A stretch of 64,000 nt of DNA from contig NC_043012.1 of NCBI RefSeq assembly GCF_006345805.1, forward strand, positions 57,784,001 to 57,848,000, written 5' to 3'. The notes beneath the pieces were generated by a model, which had not been told where the DNA came from, searched no databases, and worked only from the letters and a program-made list of their open reading frames with translations. The stretch comes from Octopus sinensis. Taxonomy: Eukaryota. Position 1 is the stretch's first letter, and every line of letters begins with the position of its first letter. Below are positions 26,441 to 40,347 of the stretch, piece by piece. The translations under genes and the position numbers were made by a program.

Positions 26441-27205
26441 TAGAGATATTAAAATTACTAAGTCTCTCTAAAGGCGATTACGGTAGGGTTACTGGATATT
26501 AATAGTTATCGCCATACTAATATGGCAGTCTATAAATATAAGACTAAAGCTGTCACTCATTAGCTCCAAGAGGCCATCGCCTCTAGTTAGCTATATGACG
26601 AACCTGCGTCCATTACAACCTTCGAACAGGGGAGGTCAGTCACTTCACCGTGTGTCATATAGCTAGCTAGAGGCGATGGCCTCTTGGAGCTAATCAGCGA
26701 CAGCTTTAGTCTTATATTTATAGACTGCCATATTAGTATGGCGATAACTATTAACATCCAGTAACGCTGCCGTAATCTCCTTTAGAGAGATTTAGTAATT
26801 TTAATATTTCTATTATTGAAAATAAGTGGATGTATTCCACTGAAACTAGGTAAATAAAATCTTCGAACATACGGTCAGTAGCGACACCTGCTGGTTCTGA
26901 CTACGCTGCATTGATAAAGGGCAACAACCCTGAAACATGTCCGCAGATGTCTGACTAGCAAGGTGAAGTGGCTGACCTCCCCTGTTCGAAGGTTGTAATG
27001 GACGCAGGCTCGTGTGTCATATAGCTAGCTAGAGGCGATGGCCTCTTGGAGCTAATCAGCGACAGCTTTAGTCTTATATTTATAGACTGCCATATTAGTA
27101 TGGCGATAACTATTAATATATATATATATCTTTATGCACAAATGGCTCTGACGAAGCAATAAGATGTTGCACTCCCACACAGTGTTCTGAAACAGATGTA
27201 AGAAA
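26441..27205. mobile_element. Inverted/direct repeat mosaic with decayed hammerhead (Penelope-like)
   Basis: Arms 26441-26598 and 26654-26812; spacer re-inverted at ~26961-27010; right arm recopied at 27013-27117; hammerhead-like motif at 26906-26946. Confidence 0.75.
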
Positions 27206-27398
27206 ATGTAAGTGATTACGTAACTTGTGTTCTATTCTCGCGCATTATGTGTGCTAATATAGGTATGCATGTATGTATGTATATTAGCATATATGTATAT
27301 TTATATGTAAATAATGTGTATAAATATATATTATACATACTTAGATATATGTATATATGTCTGTGTGTGTGTATATATATATACATATATATATATAT

Positions 27399-27444
<46 letters not shown>

Positions 27445-27639
27445 GCACATAACAAACGCTCTTGTAACAGTCCCTTGCTCGGAGAAATGCTTTCGTTGTA
27501 ATTGTGTAGTTATCCACTACATTGCCATAAATCCACTTACAAACTTCTTATTCGATTTCTGTTGTCGAAGTTGAACTTTTAAACTCTAAGATTTTACACT
27601 TTGGGAGGCCATTTTAGAAATTAATGATATATTCACATC

Positions 27640-27705
<66 letters not shown>

Positions 27706-27860
27706 GTGTGTGTGTGTGTGTGTGGTGTGTGTGTAAATATGTATATATATATTTATGTTTGTCTCTATGTGGGTGTCTGTCTTTGAGTTTATACACGTAC
27801 TTATTAATTGTTTGAAATAATAGGCAGTTTCACCATTGCTGATATGTAATTAACACTTAC

Positions 27861-27913
27861 TGTAGTATCCAAACCCGTATTATTTCATGCAAATATTTTA
27901 TGTGTTTACATAG
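27861..27913 (-). CDS. Candidate exon LCKHIKYLHEIIRVWIL; DNHD1-like (tentative)
   Basis: gtgtctag|53 nt open|gtaagt. HIKYLHEIIR resembles a DNHD1 segment recalled from memory. Confidence 0.5.
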
Positions 27914-28184
27914 CTAGACACCTAATAATACGATGAGTCAAAGTACGTTGTCTCCGCATTGTTCATTTGTCCGGCTAGAAATAGTAACAAGTTCTTACAC
28001 AATTTTGCAAAACAGAAGTGGCTTAATGCAATTCTGATAACGGCAATCAGACAGGTAGTTAATTAGGGGAAGACAGTATTGCATCATGAACTGTCAAATA
28101 TTGAAATGGATATTATATATATTGAATAATGAAACGAATGTTATATATGCTCGAAGGAAAACTTGAATATAATGTAAACTGAGT

Positions 28185-28310
28185 GGATCAAACCGAGAAG
28201 AGAAACTGTGTACTGTAGTGGATATCAGCTGCCCAGTGGATGCTAACATAAGACTGAAGATTAGTAAAAATGAAAACACCTACGCGAAACTATTGAGAAA
28301 TTTACAATTA
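28185..28310 (+). pseudogene. Remnant of a restriction-like endonuclease domain of a non-LTR retrotransposon (R4/NeSL-like)
   Basis: Frame reads NREEKLCTVVDISCPVDANIRLKISKNENTYAKLLRNLQL; truncated by SINE A at 28311. Confidence 0.55.
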
Positions 28311-28716
28311 GGCGCAGGAGTGGCTGTGTGGTAAGTAGCTGGCTTACCAACCACATGGTTCCGGGTTCGGTCCCACTGCGTGGCACCTTGGGCGAGTGTC
28401 TTCTACTATAGCCTTGGGCCGACCAAAGCCTTGTGAGTGGATTTGGTAGACGGATACTGGGAGAAGTTCGTCGTATATGTATACATATGTATATGTATGT
28501 GTGTGTATGCGTTTGTGTGTCTGTTTTTGTCCCCCCAGCATCGCTTGACAACCGATGTTGGTGTGTTTACGCCCCGAAACGAAGCGGTTCGGCAAAAAGA
28601 GACCGATATAATAACTACTAGGCTTACAAAGAATAAGTCCTGGGGTCGATTTGCTCGACTAAAGGCGGTGCTCCATCATAGCCACAAATGACTGAAACAA
28701 GTAAAAGAGTAAAAGG
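28311..28716 (+). mobile_element. SINE family A, full length
   Basis: GGCGCAGGAGTGGCTGTGTGGTAAG head through AGTAAAAGAG tail. Confidence 0.9.
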
Positions 28717-29078
28717 GTAATTAGCCTACGCGTTTCTCAAGCGGTTATGGGATGATAGACATACACCCTGAAACGCCCCTACACGTAGGCATCTATCCAT
28801 CCATTCATCCATCCACAGATACGTACATACACACATATATGCATGCGTAGATACATACATACATACGTACGTACATACATACATACATACATACATACAT
28901 ACATACATACATACATACATACATAATACATACATACATACATACATACATACAGGCGTAGCTTGGTGGTAAGAGGCTTGCTTTCCAACCACATGGTACA
29001 GGGTTCTACTATATGCTTGGGCCGACCAAAGCCTTCAATCAAGATTTGGTAGACGGAAACTGAAAGAGGCCAGTGATA

Positions 29079-29141
<63 letters not shown>

Positions 29142-29358
29142 CACTGGCCTCTTTCAGTTTCCAACGTTGGTGTGTTTACGCCCACGTAGTCTAGCGTCTC
29201 GGCAGAAGAGACCGATAAAACAAGTATTACACTTACAAAGGATTTCCTCGACTTGAATCCCTTAAGAAGGTGTGCTCTAGTATGGCGGAGTCAAATGAGA
29301 GAAACAAATAACAGAATAAAAGCAAAGCATGAAAGAATATATATATGTTTGATGCTTT

Positions 29359-29391
<33 letters not shown>

Positions 29392-29596
29392 TATACATAT
29401 TCTCTCCTTGTTTCTCTCCTTGTGTTTTTTTTTTGGTGTGTCCTTTTCTGTAGAAGAGCATAGGCTAGAAAGGTAAAGGACTTTTTCAATTCCTGAGCGT
29501 TATACTAATACATCTGTTTGCTTTCTACACCATCTGTTTTTGCTTTTGTTTTTTTTTTCGTGAACTCTCCCTATATATATATTTATATGTTTATGC

Positions 29597-29646
<50 letters not shown>

Positions 29647-29648
29647 TA

Positions 29649-29700
<52 letters not shown>

Positions 29701-29830
29701 CATATAAATACATACGTCACTAAAGTGGCCGAGGGCACTAATTAACACCAGTATCGCTAAGTTTAAGAGTTAAGACAACTCGTAATCACATGTATATATA
29801 TATACATATATATTGTATACACACGCACAC

Positions 29831-30049
29831 ACGAGGGGGTGCTGGAAAGTTTTGGGTTTTGGGTTATAGAATATATAGGAGTATTAGTTAATTATGATTT
29901 TATTTATTCCTCTCTCAGATTCTCATACCTTTTTACAGCGGTCCTTCAGCTTTACTAAGCCCTGTAAAAGAACTCGGAAAGTTGGACCTGTACCCGGGGC
30001 TTTAGCGATACCCTTAAAACCAGGAACCTTTCAGAACCCCCACTTCGTA
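29831..30049. mobile_element. Mariner-type MITE
   Basis: ACGAGGGGGTGCTGGAAAGTT ... AACCTTTCAGAACCCCCACTTCGTA TIRs. Confidence 0.7.
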
Positions 30050-30395
30050 TATATTAAGTATAATACATAGATGACTGTATTGCAATAACAACAACAACAG
30101 CAGCATGACATGATAGGGTCAGCGTTAGACTAGAAAGCTCTTGCCATGAGGCTGTGAACCCGAATGGCACTGAACCCGAAACCAAATGGTTGTAAAGCGT
30201 GCTTCCTAACTACACAGCCTTGTCTGCTCCTATGATGTAGACATTTTTCAAATACCAAAACCGATATGCCTTTTATTATTATTTTTTTTATTAAATCGCA
30301 TGACGTAATACTACATATTATTGATAATCGAAACAACTTTATGATTTCCGATTGAGATGACATATAATCAATATGCCTGGTTTATAAATACTTAC

Positions 30396-30462
30396 CCATT
30401 ACATTAGGACAGAAAATTAGAACAATTTGCTGACTTAAGATCACTACGTTCTGATATTTGAT
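30396..30462 (-). CDS. Candidate exon IKYQNVVILSQQIVLIFCPNVM
   Basis: Perfect gtaagt donor, weak acceptor; phase does not match the next candidate exon. Confidence 0.25.
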
Positions 30463-31581
30463 CTACTAACGTTTATCACCAATACCTACCTGCTTCATAT
30501 TTTAATGACAAGATGATAAAATGTTAACCATATTCCGTTTGAAGATTAACCTCTAGCTTTCGTAAGTAATTTAATTTTAATTATTATATTTATGGCTATA
30601 GCAATAATAAAATTTATCTATAATATTTATAGCATTTAAAGTGCGATATAATGGTTGCAGAAGACTAGCAGATTGCTGGACTAAATATACGTCGTCCTGT
30701 TTAGTTACATGTTGACAAGTTTTCAGTTTAAATGTTATAGCGATTGGTTTTGTCTGTTATCTCTCCACCCCTAGATATCCAGAACAAATATTAAGCATGT
30801 AAAGGGTTAAAATGTACTCGGTCCCTTTAAATTAATTTTGGTTAAATGATAGAAATAAGTGAATTACATCGACTCTCAGTATTCAGCTGGTACTTATTTT
30901 ATCGACTCCAAAAGGATGAAAGGTAAAGTCGACCTCGGCGGCATTTGAAAAAAAAAAAAACGGACGAAATGTCGCTATGCACTTTGTCCAGCGTGCTAAC
31001 GATTCTGCCGAATCATCACCTTCAAATGCATTCAATTTTACAACTTGCTATATATTCTGTGTATTAAATGAAATTAAAATATGCATCTAATTATCATATT
31101 CAATGTATACACACCGATGATAGACGTGCTGTGTTTGAAAACATAATATATCGGAGAAGAAAAATCGTCTTGGGGTCCTTTACATATGCCACATCTATGT
31201 CATATATAGAGGATGCAGTGACATGACAACAATTCATCTAGAATTTCGCTGCCTCCTGCAGAATATTTGCACGCGTCAGAGCAATCCACAGACAAGCGTA
31301 CCCTTAATGTAGTCTAGTACTACCAATTTTTGCAAGGTGAATGGACTGGAGCGATGTGAAAGACACAACGCGCCCTCGAGAATCGAACTCATAACCATAT
31401 AAAACCGTGACTGAATACCCTAACTAATCCTCGCACCTTCACCCCCTACACGTATATACATGCATACGTATATCTATTTATCTTTGTATCTATCTAGCTA
31501 TATATATATATATAATATATACATATATATATGTGTATATATATATATATATGTGTGTATATATATATATACATATATATA

Positions 31582-31612
<31 letters not shown>

Positions 31613-31625
31613 GTATATATATATG

Positions 31626-31703
<78 letters not shown>

Positions 31704-32002
31704 CACACACATATATACATATACGTGAATATTAACAAGTGAAACTGATGAGTACATAGGTAATGGTTTTTTTATTCGTATATTTTCATTTGTCTTGCTT
31801 ATTTTTTACACTTTGGTTTTTTGCTGAGTTTTTTCTTGAGAACACATTCTTCATGGAAAATAGTGATTTTGACGTCTATATCTAGCATATTGACTGTCCA
31901 CTTTTTAGTGGTCAGCCCTTTAAATTTTGTATGTAATATATATATATATATATATATAAAGTGTAGGAGGCATACGAGTGGGTATATATTTATAAAAAAA
32001 AT

Positions 32003-32255
32003 GAAGTTTGAAAACGCTATTATATAAGATAAATTTTAATTTTCTGAGAGATTTTACATGTTTCGGTTCTTCTTGTAAAAAGCGAACCTTATCAAAAATA
32101 TTTTTAAAAGTTAAGTGTAATAAAAAAGTTCATAATTATTACACTTAACTTTTAAAAATATTTTTGAGAAGGTTCGTTTTTTCAAGAAGAACCGAAACAT
32201 GTAAAATCTCTAAGAAAATTAAAATTTATCTTATATAGTGGCGTTTCCAAACTTC
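32003..32255. repeat. ~120-bp-arm palindrome, each arm with a decayed hammerhead-like motif
   Basis: Arms 32003-32123 and 32136-32255; GGTTC...GAACC-GAAAC-AT-GTA-AAAT. Confidence 0.75.
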
Positions 32256-32271
32256 TTATATATATGTGTTA

Positions 32272-32772
32272 CATGGAAAAATGTGAGGATGTCAAGTTAT
32301 ATTCTTAAGATTATAAACCTGGAAAAGTACAGGACAAGATATTACACCTGTAAAAGTATAGGACATGGTATTCTAGTAAAGTATAAGAAATTTTTTACTT
32401 AAAATATTGCAGCAAAGAATGCCAGTTCTAATTTATCACTCTTTACAGTTCTCATCTTTTAAATTTATTGTACAAAACTGTTCAGCTAATTTGTAATTTT
32501 GTCTTATTAGTCACTTTTTTCTGTATTTAAGCTAGTAAATTAACCAAATTCTACTTAAATGAGTATAGTGTTATTTGTAAACTATAATAAAGTAAGTTTT
32601 AGTACTCAAATTTTAATTTTAGCTGCAATATTTTAAGTAAAAAGTATCTTATTCTTTACTATACAAGAATAGCTTGAGCTATACTTTTACAGGTGTAATA
32701 AGTTGTCCTGTACATTTCTAGGTTTATAATCTTAAGAATATGACTCTCCATGCTCGCATTTTTCTATGTAAT
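32272..32772. mobile_element. MITE with ~140-bp diverged TIRs
   Basis: TTACATGGAAAAATG...ATATTGCAGC mirrored by GCTGCAATAT...CATTTTTCTATGTAA. Confidence 0.7.
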
Positions 32773-34073
32773 CCATGATTTTACCAGACATTACTGTTAT
32801 CAGATAATTAATAATGTGTCAATTAATAATTTAAGATTTTACCTTATGAAGTGATGATAATATTACAATTTTTTTCGTCTTTAATTTTATATATGTTGTG
32901 ACTGCATTATTTGATATTACCCATCCACACCAAATTAATGGCAGGGATTTTTACCATGTTGTTGGTTGCACCATGGCTCACCAAAAGTTACAAACAACAA
33001 GATCCCAAAACTATCAGTTACCAGGCTCACCTTAAGTGACCTAATTTTGCAATATTAGGTGGTCATAGGAATTCATTCAACGAAAAAAAAAAATTTCCAA
33101 TGATTCCCTGATTTTGTGGGGGAACCACCCACCTCATCTTTTCTGAACCAAAATAATAGGTTTGCAGCATATTAGGAGGTCATGGTACTTGATTCCACAT
33201 AAAAAAAATCAATTTTTTTTTTTTTAGTGAAAATCGTGCAGGTATTAATATAGAAATTGATCATAATGTTGTTGTTAGTTAGCCTCAAATAAACCCCGAT
33301 ACTGCAAACGTATCATGAAAGACATTTCAGCCTGCAGCAAACCGTTTTTTTTAAGGATAATCTAGGACATTACATACAATAAGCGTATGATTTAAGTAGG
33401 GGGATAATTTGGCTGCTGTTTTCAGCGTGTCGAGCGACCAGGTAGTGACTCTTTCATTGGTTCAATTGCATGATGAGAATTTTTTACACATATATGTAAT
33501 ATGTATATATATATCATCGGCCTAATTTAGAGAGTAAGTGAAACGCTGAGAGTTTCGTGTATTGGCACTTATCAAACACAAATTTGTTCATTGTCACTCT
33601 GTAACTTCTGACGAAATAACTTCTAATATACAAAATTTTGTCAAAAACGTTAAGAATAAATCCTGTTCTATGTGACATATTCTACAGTATCAAAAGTTTG
33701 AAAGTGTTTAGTTAAAAAAAAAATTAAATAATTTGTACGTCAAAGTCGACCTAAACGAAATTTGAACACAAAACTGTAAAGACAGACGAAATACCCTCAA
33801 GCATTTCGCCCGGTTCGATAACGTTTCTGCCAGCTCACCACCTTAGAAAGTAAACATTCATTTTAGAAATATATTCTTTATTCTTATTGCTAAAGCGTTA
33901 CTCCCTTACTTACTGACATGAATTTCGTAACATTTTATCTCATAACTCTTTTTCAATGCGACTAGCAATTCTGAATTCCTCGTGCATTTTTCTATCATTT
34001 AAGCCTAAGAAAGGCATACTTTTAATTTAAAAATTAAAAATTTATGTTAATTGAAGATGAATATCTGCTTTAC

Positions 34074-34308
34074 TGCCCCCCTTGAGGTCGCAGATATTTC
34101 GATGTAACTGGTTTTCTACTGAACCAAATCTCAAACTATTTATGCCAGTGCGTAGCTGAGATGTCCTCTTTAAAACTATTAACAGTTTGCCATTTAATTG
34201 AGAACTGAATTCGTTGTATAACTTGGAAGCTACTGCGATTGACGAAATGGTGGACTTAAGAATATATTCAACCACTACCGTGGTTGAATGATATACACAC
34301 ACAGAAAT
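34074..34308 (-). CDS. Candidate exon ISVCVYHSTTVVVEYILKSTISSIAVASKLYNEFSSQLNGKLL...
   Basis: Non-repetitive 78-codon open frame; phase-0 acceptor compatible with the 34794-34900 exon; donor uncertain. Confidence 0.5.
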
Positions 34309-34620
34309 CTAAGCGGAAAGCCACTAAGTAGTTTCCGTACATGCTGAAAGTAGACGCCAGTCGTCTAACCACGCTTATTTTACCGACTCCAAAAGGAGGT
34401 TTCCTCTTATATTTGAATATAAGTTGCAGTCCTTGGACGTTTTTAACGCATGCTACCCACTAGTATAAATTGTTATTTTTTAATGATAACTTTTACCCTT
34501 AGTACTTATATATATATATATATGGATGTATGTATATATATATATATATATATATACATATATATATGACATACATAATACATATATATATATACATACA
34601 TACACTCACATATATATATG

Positions 34621-34664
<44 letters not shown>

Positions 34665-34793
34665 CATATATAATATACATATACATATACATATATATAT
34701 ATATATATATATAATATATATATATATATATTCATGCATACATACATGCGTAAAAGTATGTGCGTGGTTACGTTTCCACTTGTCTAAATATAC

Positions 34794-34900
34794 CTGTCCG
34801 CTCGACAAATAGCGTTGAATAACATAAGTAGCAAACTGATATATGTACTGCGACTGATATGAATGACTAAACGAACCTTCAAGGAGGTTTTTAAGTATGG
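34794..34900 (-). CDS. Candidate exon ILKNLLEGSFSHSYQSQYIYQFATYVIQRYLSSGQ
   Basis: tatttttctggtttctgtag|107 nt open|gtatat. Confidence 0.55.
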
Positions 34901-35009
34901 CTACAGAAACCAGAAAAATATAAATAACAAAAGAGGCAGACAGAAGAAACACAGAATGATTATTCATGCGGAAACAAAACCTAATGCACTCAAAATTATT
35001 CTAGTATGT

Positions 35010-35375
35010 CGATGAAATTATGTACAAAGCAGACGACACTTTCTAAACTTATATTGCGATCCCAAACATTGTCTCTTTATTGTGTAGGGGAAACTTAAGC
35101 ACAATTATTTTAATTATATTTCTTCCTGCAGAAACAGGAAATTATCCGAAAATGTATGGGTATTGAGAGAACGCGGTAATGCATCCGATATCCAATGTAA
35201 AATTCTTGAAAGATACAAGTCATATATAAATGGAAGTAAAACCTGCGGGCTACGTAATTCTCGAAAAAAATCTGTATATTTATGAAGCTTGAGAAATGTG
35301 TTGTCTATTTAAATGTCAGATCAGAGATTTTTAACAAAGGCTGACATTTCGATAAGTTTCTTTTGGCTAATTAGA
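35010..35375 (+). pseudogene. Penelope-like element GIY-YIG endonuclease remnant
   Basis: EIMYKAD..TYIA upstream; KLSENVWVLRERG..IQCKILERYKSYINGSKTCGL matches the PLE endonuclease C-terminus pattern (LSKYIW.LK...W.IL....Y.NGSK.C.LC). Confidence 0.65.
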
Positions 35376-37276
35376 AATATACAAGAGAACTTGACTGAAT
35401 AGATCTATCACACAAGGACATAATATGAAAACATACACATATATACACAGCATATGCATTATTTATTATTATTTTTTTTATTTTAACCTTTTTCGGGATT
35501 AACAAATTAGCAATATTCTATGACTAAGGTAACTGGCTTGAAAATTGTAACTGTGCCAATTTAACTAGCTTGAAAATTGTAATTTACCTTTACTATGAGT
35601 AAATGTGAAATAAAAGAGTTAAATACATTTATTTCTATTACGTTTTTTCATTATTTCAGATATTTATCATTTATCCTAGACTTTCTTATCATTTATAGTA
35701 GACTGGCATTAAAATAATAAATATATCATGTTACGACTCCTTTGTAACCTTTACTTGAAGCCGACGGACGTTGGTGTCTGTATTTCACCTTGTTGTACCT
35801 AGCGCAAACAATCATCTTAGTAGTTATTTGATGGTTGTCACAACACAATATCTCGTCTAAAGTATGCAATTTGAAGACAGCTAAAAGTGGTTGATCAATA
35901 TTATCATAGCCGAGTGTGTGTGTGTGTATGTGTGTGTGTGTGAAAGTGTCGAATTTCTTGGAAAAAACACAAAAAATTTCTAAACTCACTGGTGTGTGGA
36001 GATGTGTGTGAGCTTAACAATAATAATAATAGCTCTCATGGCCTCTGTTCTTAACTGACTGGAAATTTTATTATGTACATTGTTTTGTCTCGGTATAAAA
36101 TATGGGCTATAGCAAATATTCTGCTCAATAAAACAGATTTGCTTGTCTGTTGTTTGACCTTAACCAGTTGACCATGTCCCTTAGTGGCTGACGATATGTG
36201 CATCTCTGATCACGAGCAGAAGTAGTGAGGTAGCATCATAGCCAAGTGTTTAGAGTAATTCTTTCGGATTTGAATAATTCACCTCTGGAAACATTGGTGT
36301 TTCGTTCATCATTCTTAAACAACTCTTATTCAAGGACCATTTGAGTAGGATGAGTTACTCGACCTGAAGAAAATTCTAACTGGGCTCCACCTGCAAGGTC
36401 ATGTGCTGTACATCTTGATATGACATCACTATGTCGCGCACATATTGTTGTGATGCATGTGCCTGGTGTACCCTTATCAGACGGGTAGTCATGATGGGTG
36501 TACTTGGCTTTGTATATTTGTACTCCAGTGTCATTTTAATGGTATGCATTGCAATCTCACTACAAATAAAAATCAAAAAACCTTACTGCATTGGCCACAG
36601 GGACCGAAATTAGGGGGAGGGGAATAGTCAATTACATCAATCTCAGTGCTATCGACTCTGCTTGCTCGCCACCTTAAGGCAAAATATGATCTTAATAAAA
36701 CAGATATTTGATGTACCATTTTCAACGGACCCACACGCACAACACATCCACACACACGCAAAGCAAATTAAATAAAATTTGGGATTTTTTTGCGGAGTGG
36801 TAACAAGAACAGGACAATAAGAATAAAACAAGAGTGTAAAAACAATAGAAGTAAAAACAGTAAAAGACAGAACAAAGAGAATAAAACAGTAAAAACAAAC
36901 GAGGAGAGCTGTTAAGCCAAGATGATGGAAAAATTATTTGTGGGAAGGATTGTTTCAACGAAGTCGCGTCTTGTCCTTACCTTCGTAACGCAGAGTAGAG
37001 GAAACAGGAACAACTGAAGAAGGGGAATATTCCTTGTGTTGTATGTCTTCTGCTCTGTTTTTTCGTTGTTTGAAAAAAAGTTCGTTTCCATGCTTTTGTT
37101 TTCATGTTTTCGTTTCTTATTGTGTTCAACGTTTTTTGATGTCCTGTACCCATATATGCATGCATATATACATATAGATGTAGGTATGTACATATATATA
37201 TATATATATGCGTATATTTATATATTATTTATATTATTATATGATCGAACGCCACGCATCCTTTTCCAAGTAAGTT

Positions 37277-37525
<249 letters not shown>

Positions 37526-38073
37526 TATATATATATATGTATATATATATCTATATATATGTATGTATGAATGTGTAGACGCAGGCGTAGCTGTGAGGTA
37601 ATATATTTATAAATTTGTCTTTGAACCTAATAGTCCTGAGTTCAGTTCCTCTCTGTGACACCTTAAGCAGATATCTTCTACTATACCCTCCGTCAGACCA
37701 AAGCCTTTTGTGCGGATTTGGTACACACTCCAAACACTCACACACACATACATACATACATACATATATGTATATATATGTGTATGTGAGTGTATACATG
37801 CATAGATGGCTGTGCGTGCGTGTGTGTATCTTTGTGTCGGTGTATTTCAGACAGCTTGACAACCGGTGTTGGTGTGTTTATGACTCTGTGTTTATGACAT
37901 AGGGGGTTGATAGACTAAATAGCAGGATTAAACAATAACAAATAAGCACTGGGGTCGATTCACTCGACTAAAATCCTTCACGCCGGTGCTCCAGCATTGC
38001 CGCAGTCTCAATGATGTGAAGTAATTGAAAGAGGCAAGGTTCACATATATACATTAATATATGTATATGTACG

Positions 38074-38112
<39 letters not shown>

Positions 38113-38172
38113 CAATCACACGCATACACTCATATATATGAAAGCATATGCATGTAGATATACATATGTGCG

Positions 38173-38210
<38 letters not shown>

Positions 38211-38391
38211 GAGAGAGAGAGAGAGAAGATAGAGAGAGATAGATATATACATACATATATGTACCTCACATATATATACATACATATTATATACATACTG
38301 CATATGTATATATATATATATATATACTATATATATATATATGTATATATATATTATATATACATACATACATACATATATATACATATAC

Positions 38392-38434
<43 letters not shown>

Positions 38435-38586
38435 CTACATCTATCTATATGTATAATATGCACACACCACACCACCCTCACACGCATCTATATATATATA
38501 TATATATACGTGTGTGTTACGTATGTTTGCATAAAACACCAATTCTTAACAGGTTCAAATTACCAACCGAAATAGAATATTCTTAC

Positions 38587-38687
38587 CTCATGAATTCTTC
38601 CTTCATGTGATATTCCTCATAGAAAATATTCAAATGACTTCTTATCCGATATGCATATGCATTTTTATAAAGTCATATGCAAATGAG
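38587..38687 (-). CDS. Candidate exon with in-frame TGA: LICI*LYKNAYAYRIRSHLNIFYEEYHMKEEFM
   Basis: ctacttaaaacag|101 nt|gtaaga; all frames blocked, best frame has a single TGA at codon 5. Confidence 0.25.
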
Positions 38688-38789
38688 CTGTTTTAAGTAG
38701 GATATAAACCAAGCAGTCTGACCAACTGCTGTCCCCAGCGGCGAATAATTACATTTCCCGAAATAACGATTATTTTTTTTTCAGGATGA

Positions 38790-39570
38790 ACATGATGATG
38801 ATGATGATGATGATGATTTAAATTATAATACTGATGTTGATGACGATGATGGTGACGATGATGATGATGATGATGATGATTTAAATTATGATACTGATGA
38901 TGATGATGATGATGATGATGATATTGATGATGATGATGATGATGATGTTATGATGATGATGAGATGATGATGATGATGGTGATTTAAATTATAATAATGA
39001 TGATGGTACTGATATCGATGCTACTGCGGCTATTGCTGTTGCTGCTGCTACTGCTGCTGCTGATACTGATGTGATGATTAGAATATTTATGGAGATTAGG
39101 ATAATAATGACGAGGAAGATGATGATGATTGTGTTGACGATAATGATGATGGCAAAAATGATGATGATGACGATGGTTATAATGTTGGTTATGATAATAA
39201 AGAAGTAGAGGAGGAGGAGAAAAGAAGAAGAAGAAGAAGAAGAAGAAGAAGATGTCGATGATGACGATGACGATGATGACGTCGATGATTATGATGTTGG
39301 TTATGATGATAAAACAGAAGAAGGAGGATGAGGAGAAGGAAAAGAAGATGTCGATGATGATAATGATAATAATGATGATGATGATGATGATAATGAAGGA
39401 GGTAATGATGATGATGTTGATGATGATGATGATTGTGATGATGATGATGATGATGACGTCGATGATAATGATGCTGGTTATTATGATAAAACAGAAGAAA
39501 AAGATGTCGATGATGACGATGATAATAATCATGATGATGATGAGGATGACGATGATGATGGTGGTCACGA
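38790..39570. repeat. Compound (GAT)n/(GAA)n tract
   Basis: Directly visible. Confidence 0.9.
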
Positions 39571-39607
39571 TGGTTATTCGTTGTCGGAATACCAGAATAA
39601 ACATTAC

Positions 39608-39731
39608 TTTATTAGTATGTAAACGGGGCCTTGCTTTATTCATTACGTCCATCTGAAAACCTGTTGAGGTAATTCTAACAATGTACGGCGTGTATTGCAA
39701 TCGAAGAATATTATTTCCTTCCCTAAACCAT
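39608..39731 (-). CDS. Candidate exon WFREGNNILRLQYTPYIVRITSTGFQMDVMNKARPRLHTNK
   Basis: gaattttgttaag|124 nt open|gtaatg; phase 2 start matches the 47192-47258 exon end. Confidence 0.3.
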
Positions 39732-40347
39732 CTTAACAAAATTCACCTCCCTTTACAGCGGGAATACCAACATGAGTTATTACATCGCAAACTGTTTGGT
39801 AATTAGCAAATTTCAAAGAATTCATGCTGCGTAGAGAGTTACCAATTAGCTTATTGTGCAAACTGGCTTAGATCTTGGATGATTAATGCTGTTTTATGTT
39901 GATTCGAACTCAAAACCACAGGTATGGATAAAAGGATTAATGGCACAGCCTTATTTCGGAATGACACAACTCCGGGTTAGAACTGCTCGAAAACGCCTTT
40001 ATTTCGAAGACTACATTGTTTAATGAAACATATGTAGAACCCATATTATCCAATGTGTTAACATTTCTGAGGCTGTTCGGTGCAATTTCTGGAAAATTCA
40101 ACAGCTATATATACCAATTTCTTTACTACCCACAAGGGGCTAAACACAGAGATGACAAACAAAGATAGACAAACGGATTAAGTCGATTATATCGACCCCA
40201 GTGCATAACTGGTACTTATTTAACCGACCCCGAAAGGATGAAAGGCAAAGTCGACCTCAGCGGTCCAGCTATATATACCATGTTCCGTGACCACCTAGGG
40301 ACTCATTTTATTTATTTATTTAGTTTTTACTAGTGTAATTATACTGG

